From Octopus sinensis (Eukaryota), in contig NW_021832266.1 in assembly GCF_006345805.1 (NCBI RefSeq), forward strand, positions 1 to 61,732: a DNA stretch of 61,732 nt. Reading direction: 5' to 3'. Under the pieces are notes generated by a model. That model was not told where the DNA came from and made no database searches. It worked only from the letters and a program-made list of their open reading frames with translations. How positions within the stretch are numbered: the stretch's first letter is position 1; each line of letters starts with the position of its first letter. Below are positions 1 through 12,276 of the stretch, in pieces. A program made the position numbers and the translations under genes.

Positions 1-884
1 GTACATCGGTTATAATGGCGTTAACATCCTTTTCACAGCAGCAATGGAAATACATATGGTTTTGGGTTACCAAATTATAATATTCATTTATGTTTGGACA
101 GGTTTTTAGTTGTCAGTAGAAATATCAAGAGAAAGCCGAGACTTAGTGAAACGACTATTCCAATATTTGCTTTGGAGAAAGCATCACTAACGTACATCAG
201 TTAAGTAATTCTAGTCACATATTTCAGAAGAATGAAAGCGAAGAATGGTTTATTTGTTTCTTTTATTTTATTTACTGCTTCTTTCTTTTTATTTATTTAT
301 TTATTTATTATTTATTTTTTGTCTTTTTTGTATTTGGTTTCCTCATAAATGCTTGCATAGTGTGATATGCGAAGAGTTCTTTAGAATAGGATCCGAAAAC
401 ATACTTAGTATGTGTATGTGCATGCATGTATAATGAGTGTATTTATGTGTTGTATAATTATATAATATATATATATATATCATATATATATATATAATAT
501 ATCAATATGTGTGTGTGTGTGTATGTGTGGCGGGTTTCTGGTTTTCGACAGGATGACTTAGTTGTTTGATTGGAAGAATTATCTGCCCCTGAATTAGCAC
601 ATGATAGCCGAGAAGAATTCTCTAGGGCTGTGTGTGGGACTCTGAGTGACAAGGCTTCTTAAACCTTTTGAACCACAGCTCCAATCTACTCAAACCCAGC
701 CTACAGTCATCTATACAGGTTCTACCTGCCTAATTTTAGCTGCAAGACATGAGTCGATTGAGGCTATATATGTATATATATGTATGTACCAGCTGCCATG
801 CTTGATCACTAAATCCACCACTTTTTTTATTGTCTCTCTTTTTATTTCTGTCTCTTTATTTTCCCTCATTTTATTTTCTCATTC

Positions 885-920
885 CTTTCAGCTGAAGAGC
901 TTAGGCTCGAAACGTAAAAG
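885..920 (+). ncRNA. Penelope-type minimal hammerhead-like motif with variant core
   Basis: CTTT-CAGCTGA-A-GAGC-TTAG-GCTC-GAAA-CGTA-AAAG. Stem I CUUU/AAAG, stem II GAGC/GCUC, GAAA and GUA triplet; the core is CAGCUGA instead of CUGAUGA. Confidence 0.5.
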
Positions 921-1925
921 TCTTTCTCACTTTCCCGAGCGCCAAACTAAAACACACACATACACACACACACGCACACACACACACAACCACACATATT
1001 TATGTATATATATATATATATATATGTATGTATATATATATGTATATATATATATGCTCTGTTTGCATGTGTGTGTGTATGAGTGCGTCTATATGTGTGT
1101 ATTTATAAGTGTTATAAATATATAATTTTGTATGAGTGTGTGTATGTATATATATATATGTGTATATATATACACATATGTATCAAACAAATCTCTCTCT
1201 CTCACTCTATGTGTGTGTATGTACGTACGTGCGTGTGTGTGCGTGAGTCTTTATAAGTATATTTATATATTATATATATAATATATATATATACATACAC
1301 AAATAAGTATAACTGTATGTATATATGTTAAGACCTTAACTAGAATGAGAAAACCTCTACTTGGGATGGCCACTGTTGGAACGCCTTTAATCATAAGTCC
1401 TCCTGATTAGGACTGTCCTTGCGCTAAATAACAACAACAACAACAACACTAAGTGTTCACAGTTTTAAAATTTGAACCCATTATGTCGATAAAGTTTGTT
1501 TTTAATTATTGGTTTTTGATGAGAATTAACATAGATTAAGACAGATTAACATGGATTTAAAAATCAAATTTGACATGTAAACTAGGAGCTGTCATAATCG
1601 TTATTGCGCTGCATTAAATGCCCTGAAGCATTTAGTTGGAGATTTTTACGTAGAGAGAACCAATTTCACGGATGTCAACCTCACCAGTCGTTCTTCCGGG
1701 GTTGATAAGGAATAATACACTAACCCGTGTACAGGCGTGGCTGGATGGTTAAGTAGCTTGCTTCTAAACCATATGAAACTGCTGTTTCAAGCGTGGTGGT
1801 ATCTCTTAGATACTCTAAATTATAATTTTAAATAATTATTATCTTTGAAATGTTTTTATGCCCATCCTGGCCACCTGATAAGATCGGTATTTAAAATATC
1901 GATCTTATCCTTATTTATATAAATT

Positions 1926-1975
<50 letters not shown>

Positions 1976-2102
1976 TATATTTATATATATATTATATTTA
2001 TATTATATATTTATATTTATATTTATATATATTATATATATAATTTATATTTATATATATATATTTATATTTATATATATATATTATACATATATATATA
2101 TT

Positions 2103-2208
<106 letters not shown>

Positions 2209-2310
2209 TTACACTTATATATGTATTTATATCTCTGAATGGATGTGTGTGTATTATATATATATATGTTTGTGTGCGCTTTTACATGTATGAGTACTTG
2301 TGTGTTTATA

Positions 2311-2341
<31 letters not shown>

Positions 2342-3374
2342 AAGAAGAAGAGAAGAAGAAGAAGAAGAGGCTATATGCCTATGTCTTGAAACAAATCAGT
2401 GTAATATACATAATTCTGAAGTGTGCGTGTGTGGTGCAGTATTTGTTTTTTCTGTGGTGTGTGTGTGTGTTAGAGAAAAGATAAACATAAATGTAAAGAG
2501 ACATTGAGATCGTTCACACACGCTTACACACGCAAATACACACACATACAAACATATTTCAGTGCAGATATACTCGCGTACGTATATTCAGACAAACGTG
2601 CTCACACATCCCATTATCAAAACAACTATATCATTTCAATATTTACACTAGTACAAGACTGTGTCAATTTGTTGTCTCGAAGGTATTAAAACTAACACTC
2701 AGAAAAATTCAGTGGAAATCTTAGATTGGAAAATATTTTTTCTCCAGATTTTTTTGAAAACTAGTATTTATTTTTAATTTTTTTTTACGTCACTTTGAAA
2801 TTAGTAATATGTTTGCAGATAGGCAAAAAGCTACGTTGGTAATTCTGGTCATAAGAAAGACTAAAATTTAGCAAAAAAATACACAGATATTCTACAATAA
2901 GAGGCGATTAAAGTAAATAGCGGGCATGAAGAAAATGCTAGCAAATGTTGAAATACTGAGAACTAGTTATATATTAAATGTGCCAGAATCGAAAGAAGTG
3001 ATTTGAAGAATTACGTATAATACTATTATCGTTATAGGGATTGAGAGTAACTACATATTAATTGAAGGTGTGTGAAGCATAATATGATTAAAATAGAGCT
3101 TTTCACTGTTTAAGAAGGTTCTAGATAATAAAGGAACTGAAAGGGGAAATTGGAAGAAATAAGATATTCTCCCATATTTTTTTTTTCTTTTAAGACAACT
3201 AGATAGTGCCGTGTGTTTCTTCGGTTATCTACATATCAGCTGCTAATTTGTTTTTCGAAAGAAGCGTAAACGATGAGCATCGTATGAAGATTAAGAGTAG
3301 GGGAAGGCAAAAAAGGTAGTAGTTTAAATTCCTTTGGAGGATGCATAGCTAGCGTGGTTTGCACAAGGACTTAC

Positions 3375-3383
3375 CTGAATGCT
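3375..3383 (-). other. Candidate 9-nt microexon AGCATTCAG
   Basis: cttttAG|AGCATTCAG|GTAAGT, preceded on the minus strand by about 100 nt of pyrimidine-rich sequence; frame-preserving length. Confidence 0.35.
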
Positions 3384-3694
3384 CTAAAAGTTTCAGACAG
3401 TCAAAATGAAGGCAGAATCAGAAAAAATAGAGAAGAATAGAGACGGACGGAAAAAAGAAAGGTTGAGAGAGGTGGGGGCGGAATAGAAACACGAATAGGA
3501 CAAAAGAGTTGAACTGATCGTTCTGAGAGAGGAACTGATTAAATCAAACATGCACAACAAAAGACAGATTCAACATTAAACAGAGTTACATTTAATTACA
3601 ACATAACAACAAAATAAAAATGATAATAATACATGCATATTAAAAATTGAACAAAAAAAAAACACCATTAACAATAATGGACAATAACGTATAC

Positions 3695-3926
3695 ATTTCT
3701 TTACTACCCACAAGGGGCTAAACATAGAGGGGACAAACAAGGACAGACAAACGGATTAAGTCGATTACATCGACCGCAGTGCGTAACTGGTACTTTATTT
3801 AATCGACGCCGAAAGGATGAAAGGGAAAGTCGACCTCGGCGGAATTTGAACTCAGAACATAGCGGCAGACGAAATACGGCGACGCATTTCGCCCGGCGTG
3901 CTAACGATTCTACCAGCTCACCGCCT
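3695..3926 (-). mobile_element. tRNA-derived SINE, family A (head GGCGGCGAGCTGGCAG type), full length with 20-bp TSD
   Basis: A-box/B-box (GTTCAAATTCC) head. TAATGGACAATAACGTATAC is duplicated at 3675-3694 and 3927-3946. Confidence 0.9.
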
Positions 3927-3990
3927 TAATGGACAATAACGTATACTTGAGCATTTTAAGTGAAACAAAAATTTTTTAGTAAACTAGTAA

Positions 3991-4345
3991 GCAGACGAGA
4001 AGAGAGTGAGCGCTTTTGAAATGTGGTGTTACCGCAGAATCCTTAGAGTGTCGAGGACGGAGAGAAGGATGAACAACTGGGTTCTAGTAAAGCTCGGCTG
4101 CGATATGACGCTTCGGTGAAACATCATGAAGCAGAAGCTACGGTTCTTTGGCCACATCATGCGCCGGGATGGACTTGAGCGAACGATCATAACTGGTAAG
4201 GTGAACGGCAGACGTAAAAGGGCAGACCACCCACTTCTTGGCTGAAAGACATCACAGCCACAGGATTGTCTTTATTCTCAGCTGTCCATGGGGTGGAAGA
4301 CAGGAGAAGGTGGCAAGACATCGCGTAGTGCGACACCTGACTAGG
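3991..4345 (+). mobile_element. RTE (BovB-like) LINE ORF C-terminal relic
   Basis: Translates ADEKRVSAFEMWCYRRILRVSRTERRMNNWVL...KQKLRFFGHIMRRDGLERTIITGKVNGRRKR/GRPPTSWLKDI...EDRRRWQDI with one stop and one frameshift, matching the RTE C-terminal AFEMWC/FGHxMRR/GRP motifs. Confidence 0.9.
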
Positions 4346-6292
4346 ATGTTGATGGGTGAGCATCTGCTGTGGCAAATGGCAAATCCAATAAGTTTGCTTC
4401 CGCTTACAAAAATAATTTAGTCGTTCCGTGAATACAATCGCATACACGCGCGCTTAGCGCAAGAACCTGATTATTGTATAAGAAACCAACAATCCAAAAC
4501 TTGTTTATAAATACACAGTTATACAATACTTAGTCAATTTGTTCTTACAGAATGCAAATAGTTTCGGCGATTAAAAGTACTCTTCAGAGAAATGTGTGAT
4601 TTATGTACCCATTATATATATGTATGTGCGTGTATATATATATATATAATATATATATATATATATAATTTCAACAATATATATATATATATATATAATG
4701 TGTGTGTTCGCCTATGCTCTAGAATTACAGTAAACACAAAAACAAATGAAAAAATCTTACAAAAACTGAACAAAATATCTCTCTCCGTAAAAAATTAATC
4801 CCAGTGGTATATGGAATACCACAAGGCTCTAATGACGACCAATTTACTGTCTATAAATAACGCAGTAACAAATTTACTACTCATAGGAATTTATCTGAAG
4901 CTGTCTGAATAAACGGTTTCGGATTTTGGAACAAGGCCAGTAACTTTTAGGGAGCGAATGTTAGCCAATTATATTGACCCCCCCCACGTACTTAACTGGT
5001 ATTTCTTTATTTTATCGATTTTATCGATACTGAAAGGAGTATAAGCGAAGCTAAACTTGGTGGAATTTGAAGCTAGGAAGTAAAGAGCCGGAAGAAATAC
5101 TGTTAAGCATTTTGTCCGACTCGCTTATGATTTTGCAAAAAAAAAAAATACATAAATCCACCCCCTCCGGAAAAAAACAAAAACAAAAAATGATGGAAAT
5201 AAACTTAACGATAAGTCATCCCGCTGATATGACAAACTAGCAAATTGATATCGAGATGTACCTGCATAGCAAATGTTTTGATTTGAGACCAAACTGTGAC
5301 GAAATTGTGCTGCATATTGTGATGTAGCATAATTTCGTTTTTTTTTTTGTGTCAATAAATAGATCACAATTTCGAGCGACGAAAATTTTGACGCCATATT
5401 ACAAATCAATGTTTGAGTGAAGTTAACTATCTTTGTTTCTTTCTAACTGATAAGAAAAATACTCAAAAACCACAGCGCATCAGCTCACTTCAGTGTTTGT
5501 CTGTGTGTCTCTCCGTCTGTCGGCCAGTTTGTTTGTTTCTCCCACATACCTCTCTCCCTCTCTCTTCTTTTCCCTACTCCGACTCCCTGAAATGCTCATC
5601 AAATCTTATAAGTTGCCCTAGTTATTTTCCCTATGAAACTATATTGATAAGTCGCATTATTAACCAAAGTGTAATACTTGGAATAAATCTAAATTTTCTT
5701 GAAACACGATTCTCATTTCTCCTTCTAAATTTGTATCACGATATTACATTTTCCGTTCTGAATCAATGGTAATAACAAAATGTCGACCAGCTTATAACAT
5801 CCATTATGACTATAAAAGCTCTATATGCACTAATGAAACAGATTTATGTTTCCTCAACACAACAACATTAGACCCTGTTTTTCGATTTCCTCAAATATTA
5901 AATAAATTATCAGACCATTCATATATTCGTATGGTTTATTACGAATCACCACGAACTTTAATTCAAGCCGGATGACAGACTGCCATTGGTTTTTATTACG
6001 ATTGGTTGAATTAGAGATATTCAATACCACATCCAACCAATAACTTTTCCATATTTCTAGCATTAAAAAAAACAAAAAAACAGAGAAGCTAATATCTTCG
6101 TTTATTTTTTATTACGTCTTACTTTAAAAATCCGAATAGAAGAAGTGGAGTGATACGTTTAGAAATATAGAAAGAAAATGCATGAAGACCTGAAGAATAT
6201 CAACATAAATTATCGCGAAGAAGAATTCCACACACACAAACATACACACACACACACACACACATACACACACACACACACAAGTGATATGG

Positions 6293-6338
<46 letters not shown>

Positions 6339-6431
6339 GATAATAATAAATATAATAGAGACTTAGAGCCAACTTGTACAAGTGTAAAACAAAAGTCAAA
6401 CATAAAATAATAATAATAATAATAATAATAA

Positions 6432-6622
6432 TCCTTTCTTCTAAAGGCACAAGGGCTGAAATTTTTTGGGGAAGGGAGTAGTCGATTACATCGACCCCAG
6501 TGCGTAACTGGTACTTAGTTTATCGATCCCGAAAGGATGAAAAGCAAAGTCGACCTCGGTGGAATTTGAATTCAGAACGTAGCGACAGACGAAATGCCGC
6601 TAAGCATTTCGTCCAGCGTGCA
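6432..6622 (-). mobile_element. Family A SINE with the alternative 3' tail, embedded in (AAT)n
   Basis: Same core (GTCGACCTCGG..AATTTGAA) with an aaaggcacaaggg tail, flanked by AAT repeats. Confidence 0.85.
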
Positions 6623-6628
6623 ATAATG

Positions 6629-6676
<48 letters not shown>

Positions 6677-6789
6677 GCCTTATTGGGCACAGCGCACATC
6701 TTAAGGAAAATATCTGTCTGAGGTCCTTGTTGTGACTTGACAGATGACTAAAGACTCCGGTGCATTTTTACCTACACTGTGTTACGAAG

Positions 6790-6790
<1 letters not shown>
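6677..6790 (+). mobile_element. 5'-truncated Dong/R4-like LINE 3' end (copy 1) in (AAT)n
   Basis: Encodes ALLGTAHILRKISV* plus a short 3'UTR, resembling the C-terminus of restriction-like-endonuclease LINEs; (AAT)n on both sides. Confidence 0.65.
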
Positions 6791-6835
<45 letters not shown>

Positions 6836-6866
6836 TAATAATAATAATAATAATAATATAATAATA

Positions 6867-6978
6867 GCCTTATTGGCACAGCGCACATCTTAAGGAAAAT
6901 ATCTGTCTGAGGTCCTTGTTGTGACTTGACAGATGACTAAAGACTCCGGTGCATTTTTACCTACACTGTGTTACGAAG

Positions 6979-6979
<1 letters not shown>
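6867..6979 (+). mobile_element. 5'-truncated Dong/R4-like LINE 3' end (copy 2)
   Basis: Near-identical to 6677-6790 (1-nt deletion), separated from it only by (AAT)n. Confidence 0.65.
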
Positions 6980-7044
<65 letters not shown>

Positions 7045-7778
7045 TGATGATAATAATAATAATATAATAATAATAATAATAATATATAATAATAATAATA
7101 ATATAATAATAATATAATATAATAATAATGAGGACGATGATGATGATGATGATAATGATGATGATGATGATAATAATAATAATAGGCCTGAAATTTGCTA
7201 ATTGGAGACTAGTCAATTACATCAACCCATGTGCTGAACTGATACTTATCTTATCGCTCCCGAAAGGGATGAAAGGCAAAATCAACTTCCGCGGAATTTG
7301 AACTCAGAACGTAAAGAGCTGGAAGAAATACTACTAAGAATTTTGTTCAGTGCTGCAGCAATTTTGCGAGCTCGACATCTTTCTGTTCCGAATCTAGCAC
7401 AAGACCAGTAATATGGAAGGGGTGGGGGAACAATTTCATCAACACCAGTACTTAACTGGTACTCTATTTTATCGGCCCTGAACGATCAAAGGAAAAGCCA
7501 ACTTCGGCAGGATTTGAACCTTGGGCCTGAAAGTTTACTACACCATAGTGGGTTACACCATGGTTCCTCTGCTTTGTGGCAGAAGTAGGAAGAAAGAGCG
7601 AGAGAAAGTTGTGGTGAAAGAGTAAAACGGGATTCACCACCACCCCGCCGGAGCCTCTTAGAGCTTAGGTGTTCTTGCTCCAATAAACACCCACAATGCC
7701 CGGTCTGGGAATCGAAACCGCGTTCTTACGACCGCAAGTCCGCTGCCCTAACCACTGGGCCATTGCGCCCCCACAGTA

Positions 7779-7810
<32 letters not shown>

Positions 7811-8047
7811 CTGAAGGTGGTTTACTGTTAAGAAGTCGAATTTATTGTCAAGTACGCATCGGAGCATATCTTTACGATTTGCAATTTTCTGAAATTTTGA
7901 AAAGCAGACTTAAAAAAAAAAGAAAAAGATTTATGAGTCTTTTTCTGAAAGAAAAGCCGTCTCAAGAATCATGTTTGCTGCGGAGTCTCTATAGAATGTC
8001 GAAAGATTTCCACTTCTGTGTATCTGTACGTGTGTGTATATGTTAGA

Positions 8048-8083
<36 letters not shown>

Positions 8084-8619
8084 TGTACGTGCGTTTATTA
8101 TTTTCTTTTTGCTAGTTATCTTTAAAACGATATTGTTATTTAATTAAATTTTATGCAAACTCCATGTCGTTCTCTAAAGCAATTTGTGTAAAGCCAAACA
8201 AAAGACTGCAACGTAATTTATCACAAATAGTTTAGTTTACAAGGCTCTAGAAATAAACGCAATGATAAAAACACGCAATACGTAAATATTGTTAGTAATA
8301 AAACATTAATACACCGTAGAGCAAATGATTTAAATTCGTTTAAAGGCATCCATTTAGATACGATCTACAGTGATTCTCTGAATGAATACGTAAACTGCAA
8401 CAATTTCAATCTGGATGGGTTTCATCAGGTTTGTGATAGCCAAGATTAAGTTTCATGTACTTTAGGCAGACCGTATATCATCTGATTAGAAATGCTTTCA
8501 AACTGGTTTAAATCATTATCAGAATGTTAGCGTTCTTAATATCTTCGTGATCAATCTACTGTTTAAGTGAAACACTAGGTTGACCGATCGACTACATCCA
8601 AAGGTGTAGAAGTAGGAAA

Positions 8620-9070
8620 GGCGGCGAGCTGGCAGAAACGTTAGCACGCCGGGCGAAATGCGTAGCCGTATTTCGTCTGCCGTTACGTTCTGAGTTCAAA
8701 TTCCGCCGAGGTCGACTTTGCCTTTCATCCTTTCGGGGTCGATAAATTAAGTACCAGTTACGCACTGGGGTCGATATAATCGACTTAATCCGTTTGTCTG
8801 TCCTTGTTTGTCTTCTTTGTGTTTAGCCCCTTGTGGGTTGTAAAGAAATAAGAAACGTTAGCACGCCGGGCGAAATGCGTAGCCATATTTCGTCTGCCGT
8901 TACGTTCTGAGTTCAAATTCCACCGAGGTCGACTTTGCCTTTCATCCTTTCGGGGTCGATAAATAAAGTACCAGTTACGCACTGGGGTTGATATAATCGA
9001 CTTAATCCGTTTGTCTGTCCTTGTTTGTCCCCTCTCTGTGTTTAGCCCCTTGTGGGCAGTAAAAGAAATA
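8620..9070 (+). mobile_element. Family A SINE head-to-tail dimer
   Basis: A full unit followed by a unit starting at AAACGTTAGC. An imperfect about 18-bp TSD (CAAAGGTGTAGAAGTAGG / CATAGGTGTAGAAGTGGG) flanks the whole dimer. Confidence 0.9.
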
Positions 9071-9293
9071 GACATAGGTGTAGAAGTGGGGTAATAGATA
9101 AGGGGAAGTACTTTCTTCAGTACCTGCTGCTTTCCTACTTTCCTACCTACCTACTTACCTACACTGGCAGACAGACACACACACACACGCACACACACAC
9201 ATGCACGCACGCACGCACATACACACATATTGTACTATTCCGTGGAAATCAACAAGAAAGGTGTTCCAGCTGGTGAGACATAAATATTATTTA

Positions 9294-9435
9294 ATAAACA
9301 CAGTATGTACTTTTAAGAACAGACTGTTTCATGCGATGAAAACAGCTCAGCAGTATTTTATAACGCGTCAGGTGTCTGAGTTGTTCTCATCGCATAAAAC
9401 TGTTTGTAGCACATAAAAATATATACTGCGTTTAT
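9294..9435. repeat. Degenerate inverted repeat / old MITE-like palindrome
   Basis: 9294-9350 pairs with 9376-9435 (ACTGTTTCATGCGATGAAAACAGCTCAG versus the reverse complement ACAGTTTTATGCGATGAGAACAACTCAG). Confidence 0.7.
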
Positions 9436-9436
9436 A

Positions 9437-9476
<40 letters not shown>

Positions 9477-10099
9477 TTGGCCTGCTCGCTTAACCAGCGG
9501 GGTGGCGTCATTTGAAGACTAAAAAGCAATGCGAAGCGCATTGTGACCAGCGATGTGTAGCAACATCTGATAGCCTGGTCAGTCACGGTCACGGTGATAT
9601 ATATATATATATATATTTTTACGCGAATTTACGAAAAATGCAGTGAACGAAGCGGGACTCTTTACCAAAATGGAGAAGAACACCTTTCCTCATGTGATTG
9701 GCTTGAAAAATTGTTAAGACACAAGGCTATTTTCCTACTTTTCTTAATATGAAACCAAATGGTAGCCTCAGTTCACAAATACAGAATATATATATATATG
9801 AAGTCCGGAAATAGAAGCTCGAGGTTTCGAAACAGTTATCCATAGATATTCTCTTTTTCTTTGGACACGATGTAGGTAAAGAACTTTGAGAAATTGAAAA
9901 GTTTTCACGAAACCGGTTTTTCTCCAAAAACTATGTTACTATACACAAAAATTTTAGAACATTTTTCTAACATAACGACTTAAATATATTCTTTAACCTT
10001 ATAAAACAAGCCTTCTGTAGTTTTTTCAGTCTTTTCTATTTTTTATATATCTAACCACGTGCTTTCACACACCAACTTTCTCACCTATATGTATGTATA

Positions 10100-10228
10100 C
10101 AGGGTGTCCCAAAAAATGTATACACACCTTAAATAATTGTAAATTTGTTATTCTTTGTAAGCCTAGTACTTATTCTATCGTTCTCTTTTGCCGAACCACT
10201 ATGTGTATACATTTTTTGGGACACCCTG
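10100..10228. mobile_element. 129-bp Tc1/mariner-type MITE
   Basis: Perfect 27-bp TIRs CAGGGTGTCCCAAAAAATGTATACACA, with TA on both flanks. Confidence 0.9.
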
Positions 10229-10700
10229 TATATATATATATATATATATATATCTGCATGGCAGCTGACCTCTGTGACGATACATACCTTTGCCCTGTAT
10301 GTATGTATGTATGCATGCATGTATGTATGTATGTATGTGTGCATGTATGTATTATAGACTCTCGTCGTTCAACAACGGAGGAGGCCTCGGCAATTTCTTG
10401 TTCAACAGTCACACACATGATTTCTTTTTATAATGATCCAGTGTCTCTGTTGACAGCTCATTCCTTCCATCAAATCGACTTTACCTGTACAGGTGGACAG
10501 GTGTGCCGCATGTCAGTTGTCGAAATGAAGTGTTCTGCTCAAGAACACCACGCCCTGCCTGGCGCAACAATCGAACGCATGCGAATACAACACTTTAACC
10601 ACTAAGCCCACGCCTTCACACACACACCCACACACATACACACCCACACACCCACACATACACACACACATACACACACACATACACACACACACACACA

Positions 10701-10965
10701 CCTCTGTGTGTATGCATGTGTGTGTGAGTTCGTGTATGTATGTATATACTCTTTTTTCGGAACGGTGAATCTGGAAGCAGATAAAGCTATAAATAATACC
10801 GAGTAAATATTGTGTTAAAAATACACCCCGCCAACACACACACTTCTGTGTGTATGTATGTGTGTGTGAGTTCGCGTATGTATGTATATACTCTTTTTTG
10901 GAACGGTGAATCTCGAAGCAGATAAAGCTATAAATAATACCGAGTAAATATTATGTTAAAAATAC
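10701..10965. repeat. Local direct duplication of about 124 bp (10701-10824 and 10843-10965)
   Basis: Two near-identical copies, each preceded by a (CA)n run. Confidence 0.9.
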
Positions 10966-11397
10966 CTTTGGACAGAAAGCGTCGAAGGCTGGCGATGGGA
11001 TTGAACCTACACCTCCTGTAACCATGGCAGATATTCTACCATTGTGAACAGTCCTACTCTAAGCATGTACTGGTAGGCTGGAGAGCAACAGCTTGGCGAG
11101 GACTTGCGTACTTGGAGGTCGCGATGATCCCGGGTGATTTTCGGGTCCCTCGATTGGCCTGTTGGAGGTTCTCCTGTATCACATATTTCGTATACCACGC
11201 ATACGTTTATCTCATTTTCCCCTCCTCCATTCCTTTTCACCCCCGCTCCGTTTTCTGTATTCCCCCCGCACAAATTGCAAGCTGTCATCATAATGTCCCT
11301 TCTCATCTGAAGCCTCTGTTGCAAATAAATTCTCCTCTTCTTCGTCCTTCTCCTCATTATCATCATCATCATCATTAGCAACAACACAAGCAGTAGC

Positions 11398-11436
<39 letters not shown>

Positions 11437-11519
11437 GGTGGTAGTAATTCTAACCAATAGTTTCCTTTTTCAATCAATCACATTTTTTATTTAACTTATT
11501 TTTAACCCATTATTTTTAA

Positions 11520-11843
11520 TCATCATCAATCATTCATTTATCATCACCGTCATCATCATCATCGTCATCATCATCATCATCATCGTCATCATCATCATCA
11601 TCGTCATAATCATCATCATCACCATCATCGTCATTATCATCATCGTCATCATCGACACAATCATCATCATCATCATCATCCTCATCATCATCATCATCCC
11701 CATCATCATCATCATCATCATCACCATCATCATCATTATCATCATCATCATCACCCTCATCATCATCATCGTCATAATCATCATCATCATCATCGTCGTC
11801 ATAATCATCATCGTCATCATCATCACAATCATCACCGTCGTCG

Positions 11844-11881
<38 letters not shown>

Positions 11882-11930
11882 GACATAATCATCATCATCA
11901 TCATCATCGTCGTCGTCGTCGTCGTCGTCG

Positions 11931-11963
<33 letters not shown>

Positions 11964-12001
11964 GGAGCAGCAGTAGCAGCTGCAATAACCACCGCCACCG
12001 C

Positions 12002-12048
<47 letters not shown>

Positions 12049-12060
12049 CCATCGTCATCA
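11520..12060. repeat. (ATC)n/(GTC)n trinucleotide array
   Basis: Directly visible; source of the poly-Met and poly-Asp ORFs. Confidence 0.95.
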
Positions 12061-12234
12061 ATTATAAAACGCCATCGACAACGGCTGCAACCCGTTGCCA
12101 GGCTAAGCGACATCAGCTGCAAACACTGATACTAAACTGTTACAGCCGCACAAGGCTGCCGATGATCGATAAAATCCGATCTGCTGTGTACTACTAACTC
12201 ATTATAACCACATATACAGTCACAATTTCACTCT

Positions 12235-12276
<42 letters not shown>

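Noticed and set aside
8380-8520. Minus-strand YGLPKVH (Penelope RT-like) motif and a CTGATGA...GAAA hammerhead-like string
   Set aside because: Only a 7-aa match followed by stops; stems I-III of the putative hammerhead do not pair.
10988-11060. tRNA-like sequence on the minus strand
   Set aside because: The acceptor and anticodon stems do not pair properly; it is a decayed tRNA-derived head. The same applies to all SINE heads, so no tRNA gene is called.
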